A stretch of DNA of 64,000 bases from a virus, in IMG/VR virus record IMGVR_UViG_3300029310_000003; one strand, given 5' to 3'. Below the pieces are notes generated by a model that did no database searches, was not told the DNA's origin, and was given only the letters and a program-made list of their open reading frames with translations. Made by a program: the position numbers and the translations under genes. The number at the start of each line of letters is the position of its first letter. Positions within the stretch are counted from its first letter, which is position 1. This document shows positions 33,430-40,546 of the stretch, one piece after another.

Positions 33430-33670
33430 GATTAGGCAAGCAAAGGATTGGCAGCGAACAGAAGTGGGACGCAAAGCAGAGCAAAGGCAAAGCAAAGTAC
33501 TGTGGCGCGGGGCAAAGGCAATGCTAGGACAAGCTGGGCAGAGCAAAGGCAGAGTTGCGCAGAGTCACGCAGAGTTGCGCAGAGTTGTGAACAGCAAAGG
33601 ATACGCATGGCCGTGCGCGGATACGATCAGCAAAGCAACGACAAAGCGGCGCATAGTAAGGCAAAGGCAA
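33430..33670. repeat. purine-rich iteron-like repeat field
   Basis: At least 7 copies of GCAAAGG(C/A), plus 4 tandem GCAGAGTYRC units at 33549-33588. Strong G+A strand bias and non-coding. Confidence 0.7.
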
Positions 33671-33711
33671 AAATCAAAAGACAGCAGAAACCATTCCGGA
33701 ACGCATCCAAA

Positions 33712-33744
33712 TGTGCAAAAAACATTTGCGGCGTTTGGTACAAT
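33712..33744 (+). promoter_or_regulatory. TGTACAAAAAACATTTG-type promoter (copy S4) of the tyrosine integrase
   Basis: CAAATG-TGTGCAAAAAACATTTG-N10-TACAAT. ATG at 33768. Confidence 0.5.
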
Positions 33745-33767
33745 AAAATCAGAAAGGACGGAAACAG

Positions 33768-34853
33768 ATGAGCTTCCCCAAAGCGTATGAAAAATTTCGG
33801 TCGGCCATGATCGCCTACGAAGATAACCTCCGGGCGTTGGGACGTTCCGGAGTCACGATCAAAAATCAGGAACAGATCTTCAAAAATTTCTCCGGCTTCC
33901 TTCTGGAAAACAAATTGTGGGATCATGAGGAGGGCTTTCCGGAGATCCTCGCATGGCGCGACCAGATGCGCCGGGACGGCAAAAAACCGTCCACCATCAA
34001 GCAGTATCTGACCGTCCTTTCTGCCATGTACAATTTCGCCAGCTCCGAAGAACTCGGCGAAAACCGCTGGTACGACCGGAATCCCGTCGCAAAGCTCCTC
34101 ATGCCGGATACGCGAAAGCTCGACAAGCGACCGTATGAGCAATTTTTGACCGACGAACAGGTCATGCTTCTCTGGCGAAATAACCCTCCCGCGAAAACCG
34201 TGGAAAGCCCGAAATTCTGGCCGCGAAATTACGCCATCGTCATTTTGCTTCTGACAACGGAGCTTCGCAACAGTGAGCTTCTGGCGCTGACGCCTGCGGA
34301 TCTCGACTGGGAAAATTCCGAGCTGTACGTCGAGCACGGCAAGGGCGATAAATTCCGTCCGGTCGAATTCCCGCCGCTTGCGCAGACCGCCGTCCGGCTG
34401 TATCTTCGCAGCGGACTGCGTCCGGCGGCCGCAGGCGACCATGACCCGCTTTTTGGCACGGAGGCAACCAAGGAATTCAAGGGAACCAATCGGGGCGCAG
34501 AATGGCACGCAGGCACACGTCAGTGGCTTTCGGACGTCGTGAAGCGCCATGTAAAAACCGTGACCGGCGTGGATATGATCCGTTCGCACGATTTGCGGCA
34601 CGTCGGCGCACGGCTCGATCTCAACAGCGGCATGAGCTTTGAGGAGCTTCAGGCAAAACTCGGCCATGAATCCGTAGCGACCACGCAGATCTATTCCGGC
34701 AAGCTGACCAGCCGGAAAAACCGCCGTATGACGAAGATCGTGCAGGAGGAGAAGGAACGGCAGGCGCAGCGGAACGTCCTGCGTCTGGAAGAGTCGGGAG
34801 ATGATTTTTTCGAACAGCTCCGGCTGAAACAGCCCCGGCCGGAGATCGCCTGA
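33768..34853 (+). CDS. int: tyrosine recombinase / phage integrase family
   Basis: N-terminal SAM-like domain. HDLRHVGA (H-x-x-R) and GHESVATTQIYSG (catalytic Tyr). Confidence 0.85.
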   Translation: MSFPKAYEKFRSAMIAYEDNLRALGRSGVTIKNQEQIFKNFSGFLLENKLWDHEEGFPEILAWRDQMRRDGKKPSTIKQYLTVLSAMYNFASSEELGENRWYDRNPVAKLLMPDTRKLDKRPYEQFLTDEQVMLLWRNNPPAKTVESPKFWPRNYAIVILLLTTELRNSELLALTPADLDWENSELYVEHGKGDKFRPVEFPPLAQTAVRLYLRSGLRPAAAGDHDPLFGTEATKEFKGTNRGAEWHAGTRQWLSDVVKRHVKTVTGVDMIRSHDLRHVGARLDLNSGMSFEELQAKLGHESVATTQIYSGKLTSRKNRRMTKIVQEEKERQAQRNVLRLEESGDDFFEQLRLKQPRPEIA

Positions 34854-34905
34854 ACAAACCAGAAAAACAGAAATGATCCGGGTTTCGTCGTAAGCCCGGA
34901 GGCAC

Positions 34906-34973
34906 GGCGGAGGCAGGTGCGTCGTGGGGATAACCCACACCCCGCGATTTCGGTTCAAATCCGGATTCCGCCG
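34906..34973 (+). ncRNA. aberrant tRNA-like element A (acceptor + T-arm, no D-arm, no encoded CCA)
   Basis: GGCGGAG/TTCCGCC acceptor, T-arm TTCGG-TTCAAAT-CCGGA, and a central 8-bp stem TCGTGGGG/CCCCGCGA with a 10-nt loop. 68 nt. Confidence 0.3.
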
Positions 34974-35166
34974 CAATGCTGTGAGTTTGGGCATGGCTCA
35001 CAGCTGGTCATAACTGACCTCCTTTCTGTGAAGAAAAGCGTCACCCATGTAAGCGAAGGCGCTCACCGGAACATTTCAGAGATTCCGGTGCTCCAGGCTG
35101 GGAAGCCTGGCCATGGGTTTTCGGGAAGAACGCTCCCGCACCGGAGTAAAACGGGGAGCCATTTAT

Positions 35167-35240
35167 GTGCGTGTAGTTTAATGGCAGAACATCAGACTTC
35201 CAATCTGATGGTGGGAGTTCGATTCTCCTCACGCACTCCA
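35167..35240 (+). tRNA. tRNA-Gly (anticodon UCC)
   Basis: Full cloverleaf: GTGCGTG/CACGCAC acceptor, D GTTT-AATGGCA-GAAC, anticodon arm TCAGA-CTTCCAA-TCTGA, T GGGAG-TTCGATT-CTCCT, encoded CCA. Confidence 0.9.
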
Positions 35241-35607
35241 CATGGGTATTGCGGCGGACTCAGGGAAAGTTTTGAGGTTCCAAAGGCTTGGTGAAACGAT
35301 ATATCCGGCCATCCGCTCAATCTGTAGGTAGTGCAAGTACGACAGATTGCGAATTTAATTAGCTGGCTCCGGCTTAATGTGTGAAAAAACGGATGCGACC
35401 GATGCACCGGCGCAGGGCTGAAAAGTTCCGTGGCTTACCCTCCCGGCCTTCCGACAGTCTGCTGTGAGGCGTAAAGGATGGAAGAAAAACCGGCGTGGCG
35501 ACGCAGACCAACTTCTGCACGGAAGCGTCTAGGCGTCGAGTAACGGCGGCTCCGGAGCCGGGAGGCAGGCTGTAAAAACCAAGAAAAAAAGGCAAGGAGG
35601 AAAACAA

Positions 35608-35931
35608 ATGAGCTTGGAAATTCGCTATCTCACCAACGGCACGAAAAATGTCTACGTCGTCGCAGAGAAGGACGTGGCGCCGGTCGCGGTCCATTTCTAC
35701 AGCGAACGGGACGAAATCCCCTATCAGATCCGTAACTACGCACCGAAAGGAAAGCCAATGTTTGTCGGGCCGGATTCGGCAAGAAACCTTTTTGCAATGA
35801 AAGCCCTGTATCCGGAGCTGATCCACGAATTCTGCGACAAGCAGGAGTACGCCGGATCACCCTGCATCTTCGAGTCGTGCAGCCTCGCGGACTGGAAAAC
35901 CTGCAAATACCGCTGTACCGCAAAAATCTGA
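35608..35931 (+). CDS. hypothetical protein inside the tRNA island
   Basis: 107 aa with RBS AAGGAGGA and a Cys-rich C-terminus. Confidence 0.55.
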   Translation: MSLEIRYLTNGTKNVYVVAEKDVAPVAVHFYSERDEIPYQIRNYAPKGKPMFVGPDSARNLFAMKALYPELIHEFCDKQEYAGSPCIFESCSLADWKTCKYRCTAKI

Positions 35932-35941
35932 ATGAAATCAT

Positions 35942-36009
35942 GCGGCATTTGGCAAAGGGCAGTTACGAGCAGCTGTCCCAAGGCCGTTCGATTCGGTCAC
36001 GCCGCACCA
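35942..36009 (+). ncRNA. aberrant tRNA-like element B (acceptor + T-arm + CCA, no D-arm)
   Basis: GCGGCAT/ACGCCGC acceptor with one A-C mismatch, T-arm GGCCG-TTCGATT-CGGTC, discriminator A plus CCA. The central stem GGGCAG/CTGTCC has a 10-nt loop. 68 nt. Confidence 0.3.
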
Positions 36010-36250
36010 TCGTAAAAATCGTGTGACTAAGGTTTTCGTAGAACGCCGCGCATTTTCAAGATGCAAATCGTTCAGCTTGCCGGAGAAAGCCAACGCGTGG
36101 CAGATCCGGATGAAGTCACTTGAGAAGCCGAACTGACAAAACCGGCCGCACCGGAATCCGGTGTGAAGCGGAAACGGCAGGATGCCGCAAAGAACTGCCC
36201 GTTGGCCAGCGCGCATGGCCTCGCGTCCGGTACGTCAAGCCGGAAACGAC

Positions 36251-36326
36251 GGGCCGTTATCTCAAAGGCTAGAGCAACTCGCTCATAACGGGTAAAATCT
36301 CGGTTCGACTCCGGGACGGCCCACCA
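36251..36326 (+). tRNA. tRNA with CAU anticodon (elongator Met or Ile2/lysidine type)
   Basis: GGGCCGT/ACGGCCC acceptor, anticodon arm ACTCG-CTCATAA-CGGGT, T CTCGG-TTCGACT-CCGGG, encoded ACCA. G1:C72 argues against an initiator. Confidence 0.85.
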
Positions 36327-36354
36327 TGAAATTTTCGGGAAAGGAGGAAAAACC

Positions 36355-36627
36355 ATGAACAAGGAAGCACTTGCACAGGCCGTAGCCAATCGCACGAATA
36401 TGCCGAAGGGCGCAGCGCTGGAATCCATCGACGCGGTTTTCGAAAGCATCCGTGAAGCGCTGATCTCGCACGAGACGGTGAACATTCCGGGCTTCGGAAA
36501 ATTCGAAGCGCCGTATAAGGCGTCCAGAGTCGCAAGAAACCCGGCGACCGGCGGAACCATTTCGGTTCCTGCGCATCACGGCGTGAAATTCGCGCCCGCG
36601 AAGGCGCTGAAGGATGCCGTACATTAA
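36355..36627 (+). CDS. hup: HU-family DNA-binding protein
   Basis: MNKEALAQAVA...VNIPGFGKFEAPYKASRVARNPATGGTISVPAHHGVKFAPAKALKDAV aligns over its full length with the HU consensus. Confidence 0.9.
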   Translation: MNKEALAQAVANRTNMPKGAALESIDAVFESIREALISHETVNIPGFGKFEAPYKASRVARNPATGGTISVPAHHGVKFAPAKALKDAVH

Positions 36628-36696
36628 GGAACCTCTGAATAAATCCGGGCGAAAGCCCGGAGTACATAAACGCCAGAAAAATGAAAGGAGCAGCCC

Positions 36697-37242
36697 ATGG
36701 AACAGGAAATTCATCGCGGAGACGTATTCTGGATCGCGGATGCACAAACGGCGGTCGGCTCCGAGTACACAAAAACCCGGCCGGCCGTGATCGTGTCCAA
36801 CGAAGCAAATAACCGATACTCCGCAAATCTGGAGATCGTCTGGCTCACAACGGCCAATAAAAAGCCGCTTCCGACGCACGTCACGCTCTATTCCGCACCG
36901 CGCGTATCCGTCGCGCTTTGCGAGTGCGTCACAACGATCTCCAAGGAGCGTCTCCGGGAATATTATTGCACGCTCACGTCGGAGGAAATGGCGCATATCG
37001 ACCGTGCCATCCGCATTTCGCTGGGGCTTCCGGAGCCTGCCGAAAAACCGGAAAAAACCGCATCGTCCGAAAAAACGCCGGATGATCTCCAGCTTTCCAA
37101 CCTCCGCAGCGACTATCAGCTCCTGCTGAAAAAGCACGACGCTCTGCTTGCGCAGCAGGCCGTCTATGAGAAGATCTGCATGGCCTTCATTCCAAACTGG
37201 ACGCCGCAGGCCAAAGCCGCAGAGAACGGGAGCCGCGTATGA
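36697..37242 (+). CDS. PemK/MazF-family endoribonuclease domain with ~70-aa C-terminal extension
   Basis: RGDVFWIADAQTAVGSEYTKTRPAVIVSNE...IVWLTT...PTHVTL...CVTTISKERL, followed by a P/E/K-rich linker and a helical tail. Confidence 0.75.
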   Translation: MEQEIHRGDVFWIADAQTAVGSEYTKTRPAVIVSNEANNRYSANLEIVWLTTANKKPLPTHVTLYSAPRVSVALCECVTTISKERLREYYCTLTSEEMAHIDRAIRISLGLPEPAEKPEKTASSEKTPDDLQLSNLRSDYQLLLKKHDALLAQQAVYEKICMAFIPNWTPQAKAAENGSRV

Positions 37243-38348
37243 TCTACCTCGACCACGCAGCGACCTCTCCCCTTCTGGCCACCGCCCGCCGGGAATTTTA
37301 CCGGGCCTCGCAATTCAGCTGGGGCAACCCAAATTCCGTCCATTCCTTCGGGATCGCAGCCGCGCGGGAGCTGGAAAGAGCGCAGAGGATCGTCGCCTAT
37401 TGCCTTTCATGCAAGCCGGAACAGGTGATCTTCACCTCCTCCGCCACGGAAAGCTGCCGATTTGCCATGAACGCCATGATGTACGAATGCGGCAGCGTCC
37501 ATATTTCCAGCTTTGAGCATAAGGCCGTTTCTGCCGGATGGGAAGACAGTTTCCGCTTTTTCGGGATCAACCGCAGCACCTCCGGCTTCGCACATATCCA
37601 TACCGGCAACGAAACGGGCGAAATTTATGACCTCGCAAAAGCATTCGAGCCGTACACCGTCTGTTTTTCGGACTGCACGGCAGCCATGGGAAAAGCGCCC
37701 CTCGACTTCCGGCATGGAAAATGGTCGTACATCGCGGGCGGCGGACATAAATTCGGCGCACCCATCGGCATCGGCGTCCTGATCGCCAGAAAACCGGAGG
37801 TGATCCGAGAGCTTTTCCATCCGGCAACGCCCGCCGTTCCTCTGGCCGCAGCCCTCGCGCAGGCGCTTTTCTTCCGCACGGAGCATATCGCAGAATTTGC
37901 GGATACCGCCGGATACTTGCATGACCGCCTGATCGATGGTATCATGGAGGAAATTCCAGACGCGCAGCTGAACGGCACGAAATATCGTGGAAACGAAAAA
38001 ACACAGTCGCCCTATATCACGAGCATTTCTTTCCCAAACATCGAAAATCATGCGCTTGTTCTGCGGATGTCCGCCGACGGCCTGATGGCGTCCTCCGGAG
38101 CCGCCTGTTCCAGCGGAGAAAACGAGCCGTCTCCGGTGCTTCTGGAATCCGGCTATCCCGCCGCCCGCGCAAGGAGCGCCGTCCGCTTTTCTCTGGACTA
38201 TAAGCTCGACCCCTGCGCTTACGAATTTTCGCACGATCTTGGCATCGACCGCCGCCGGGACGAAGCCATCATCGACCACGCCGTCAAAATCGTCGCGCAG
38301 AACGTCCGGGAGCTGAAAAAATTATCTCCCGCGCGGGACAAAGCGTAA
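37239..38348 (+). CDS. class-V aminotransferase / cysteine desulfurase (NifS/IscS-like)
   Basis: IYLDHAATSPL, PLP-Lys motif GGGHKFGAPIGIGVL, and catalytic-Cys loop SSGAACSSGENEPSPVL. ATGA overlap with the MazF-like stop. Confidence 0.85.
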   Translation: MIYLDHAATSPLLATARREFYRASQFSWGNPNSVHSFGIAAARELERAQRIVAYCLSCKPEQVIFTSSATESCRFAMNAMMYECGSVHISSFEHKAVSAGWEDSFRFFGINRSTSGFAHIHTGNETGEIYDLAKAFEPYTVCFSDCTAAMGKAPLDFRHGKWSYIAGGGHKFGAPIGIGVLIARKPEVIRELFHPATPAVPLAAALAQALFFRTEHIAEFADTAGYLHDRLIDGIMEEIPDAQLNGTKYRGNEKTQSPYITSISFPNIENHALVLRMSADGLMASSGAACSSGENEPSPVLLESGYPAARARSAVRFSLDYKLDPCAYEFSHDLGIDRRRDEAIIDHAVKIVAQNVRELKKLSPARDKA

Positions 38349-38362
38349 AATACCCGTAGAAT
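38335..38362 (+). promoter_or_regulatory. GGGACA-N16-TAGAAT promoter-like motif
   Basis: Exact motif spanning the desulfurase stop. ATG at 38406. Confidence 0.5.
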
Positions 38363-38405
38363 CCAAACCAAGCCCAACCGGGCAAAAAATAAAAGGAGAA
38401 CAGAT

Positions 38406-38747
38406 ATGGATATTCAGGATATGGCCGCCGCAATGGCGCAGAAAAATGAAAACTTCCACGGAACGGTGCAGAACGAGGAAAAGGCGGAGATCTTCCACAC
38501 CGTCCACGAGCACGCCGCCGCCGTCGCAAAAGCGCTCCGCACGCCGATGCACACCGAAGGCTTGGAGCTGCACGCGCAGTGCGCGTCCGTCTCCGTCGAT
38601 TTTCCGCTTCCAACGGGAATTCTGAACGAGAACATCCGCCGCAGGATCTCGGAAATGACCAAGCTCTGCGACATGGTGACGTATGCGGACGTGAACTGCC
38701 GTCTGCGCATGACCTTCACCGTCGCAAACGTCTGGAAGGAGGAATGA
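38406..38747 (+). CDS. hypothetical protein
   Basis: 113 aa with RBS AAGGAGAA. Confidence 0.5.
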   Translation: MDIQDMAAAMAQKNENFHGTVQNEEKAEIFHTVHEHAAAVAKALRTPMHTEGLELHAQCASVSVDFPLPTGILNENIRRRISEMTKLCDMVTYADVNCRLRMTFTVANVWKEE

Positions 38748-38751
38748 ATAT

Positions 38752-38946
38752 TTGGAAAAGCCAAAGCTCCGCACGAACGTCATAAGCCATGGATACACAT
38801 TTCTCGTGACGTTTCACGGCCGAAAAAGCAAGGAGATTCGAGTGGAAGCAGAAAGCATCGACGCGGCAATTTTGAAGCTTCCCGCTGACCGTATGTGCGC
38901 CAGACTTCTCCGTGAAGATACATGGGAGGTCGCAGAAAATGAATAA
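38752..38946 (+). CDS. hypothetical protein
   Basis: 64 aa with a non-ATG start in the ORF track. Tightly packed. Confidence 0.35.
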   Translation: MEKPKLRTNVISHGYTFLVTFHGRKSKEIRVEAESIDAAILKLPADRMCARLLREDTWEVAENE

Positions 38947-39229
38947 CGATCAGGAAATGAAGCAATTCGCCGACCGCTTGTGGGAATATTTTCTTCCGAA
39001 GGTCGAAGTGCTGACGCGCGCGAACGTCTGGTATTTCCGCGCGCAGGTGACAAAGGCCGCAGAAAACGGGCGTATCACCGTCCAACGCCCCTTCGATAAA
39101 GAAATCGCCCTTCCCTATGTGACCAGCATGGCAGCCGCATCCATAGGCTCACAGGTCACGGTTTTCGTCCTCGGCAGCAGCCTCACGAACGCCGTCATCA
39201 TCGGCGACGGCACGCTTTCCAATTTATAA
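38939..39229 (+). CDS. hypothetical protein
   Basis: 96 aa from MNNDQEMKQF with RBS GGGAGG. Confidence 0.5.
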   Translation: MNNDQEMKQFADRLWEYFLPKVEVLTRANVWYFRAQVTKAAENGRITVQRPFDKEIALPYVTSMAAASIGSQVTVFVLGSSLTNAVIIGDGTLSNL

Positions 39230-39230
39230 G

Positions 39231-39262
39231 AAAAAACCGGGAGGCGTAAAACCTCCCGGAAT
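39231..39262. terminator. bidirectional terminator between convergent genes
   Basis: AAAAAA-CCGGGAGG-CGTAAAA-CCTCCCGG. Confidence 0.6.
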
Positions 39263-39267
39263 CCCAT

Positions 39268-39441
39268 TCAGCTCTGGCTTTCGCACCATGCGTTCCAGAT
39301 GTTCTCCACAGTCTCGCTTTCATCGTCCTTCAGGCGCTCCATGCAAAAAAGCATGAAGTCTGCAAATCGTTTTTGATTCTTCACCTGACGGGAAATTTCG
39401 AGCAACTCTTCCTGTTCAAACAAAATCGTGCTGCAACTCAT
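39268..39441 (-). CDS. small IWNEW-family protein (paralog 3 of 3)
   Basis: MSCSTILFEQEELLEISRQVKNQKRFADFMLFCMERLKDDESETVENIWNAWCESQS. Confidence 0.5.
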   Translation of the reverse strand: MSCSTILFEQEELLEISRQVKNQKRFADFMLFCMERLKDDESETVENIWNAWCESQS

Positions 39442-39458
39442 GTTTTTCATACCTCCAT

Positions 39459-40220
39459 TCACATCTGCGCATCCGAAATCAAACTGGCGGCTTTCCGGCG
39501 GATAATTGCTTCGAACGCCGGTCGAAGCTTCCGGTCTCGGGAAATGACCTGCAAAATCGAAACCTGTTTGCATTCCGTTTCCGTTGCGCCGTTTTTCCGC
39601 ATTCGGTTGCGCAGACGTGTCTGGCGGCATTTTAAGTCAACGCCGGTTTCCGATTCCAACTCAGCGTAGCGGTCGCTGCGGAACTTTCTGTGATTTCCGC
39701 CGTACTGCTCCACAAGCGTGTTGATCTGGTGATTCATCGCCGAAGTCCAATCGTCCGGGCTGACCGCCGGGGCGGAGAAAATGTCCAGCGTTTTCTGCAT
39801 GGTCTGTTCCGTGCGTTCTGCGCGGTTTTCCAGAGCCTTGAGACGGCGTTCCTGCTCCACCATGAGCTGTGCTTGTGCAAGAAGCTGTTCCGCCGGAGAC
39901 AACTGCGGATTTTTGATTTGCGCTTCCATACGGTTGAATGCGTCGATGTACTTGAGTTTCCATTCGAGCGCAGACTTTCCAGTGAAGCCCATGACCAGCA
40001 GTGAGAAACCATCACGATTCATGAGGTACGCGCGCTGCGGTCTGCCGTAGCTGTCCGGAATTTCGACCGAGAAAAACATCTGCTCAAAATTGAGCACATC
40101 TTTTCTGAGGTCATCAATGTCACGAAGAACATTCCGATGCTCTTTTTCGAAGTGTTCGGCGATATCCCGGCTGCTTGCGACGGGTTGACCGTTCTGGTTA
40201 ATGGTGATTAAATCTTTCAT
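39459..40220 (-). CDS. Rha-family phage regulatory protein + ORF6C-like C-domain
   Basis: VASSRDIAEHFEKEHRNVLRDIDDL (pRha). The C-domain contains SPAEQLLAQAQLMVEQERRLKALE. Confidence 0.75.
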   Translation of the reverse strand: MKDLITINQNGQPVASSRDIAEHFEKEHRNVLRDIDDLRKDVLNFEQMFFSVEIPDSYGRPQRAYLMNRDGFSLLVMGFTGKSALEWKLKYIDAFNRMEAQIKNPQLSPAEQLLAQAQLMVEQERRLKALENRAERTEQTMQKTLDIFSAPAVSPDDWTSAMNHQINTLVEQYGGNHRKFRSDRYAELESETGVDLKCRQTRLRNRMRKNGATETECKQVSILQVISRDRKLRPAFEAIIRRKAASLISDAQM

Positions 40221-40339
40221 ATCAAAATCCTTTCTTGACGCGTCCGAAAGAACCTGATAGAATAAATTTATCAAAGTTTCTTTTGGACTTTGGTGGTTAG
40301 AGCCGTCCGTGATCTTTGCAGGAGCAACGGGCGGTTCTT

Positions 40340-40516
40340 TTATTTTTTGACCGTGGCTTTCACCATCTGAATTCCCAAACGAATCACATCGCTCTTTGTC
40401 TTACTGAGTTTTTCACAGCAATACTCCAAATCCGACATTGTATCTCGATCTGCCAAAAATTTCACCTGTGTATCTTTCGGGTTTTCAGATTTCGGTCTGC
40501 CTGTACGGGGCGACAT
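40340..40516 (-). CDS. ribbon-helix-helix (CopG-like) regulator
   Basis: MSPRTGRPKSENPKDTQVKFLADRDTMSDLEYCCEKLSKTKSDVIRLGI. RBS AGGTGA. Confidence 0.55.
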   Translation of the reverse strand: MSPRTGRPKSENPKDTQVKFLADRDTMSDLEYCCEKLSKTKSDVIRLGIQMVKATVKK

Positions 40517-40546
40517 TTGTATCACCTACTTTCTATGTACATGTTT

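Noticed and set aside
33212-33790. 192-aa plus-strand ORF over the repeat field
   Set aside because: Its translation is a low-complexity K/Q/R/A/G string generated by the GCAAAGG repeats. It overlaps the 3' end of a better ORF and the integrase promoter.
33627-34994. 455-aa minus-strand ORF
   Set aside because: It is antisense to the tyrosine integrase and extends into tRNA-like element A. No motifs.
34917-35294. 125-aa plus-strand ORF
   Set aside because: It reads straight through tRNA-like element A and the canonical tRNA-Gly, so it is not coding.
36283-38279. 284-aa and 290-aa minus-strand ORFs
   Set aside because: They are antisense to the HU, MazF-like and cysteine desulfurase genes, which have strong family signatures.
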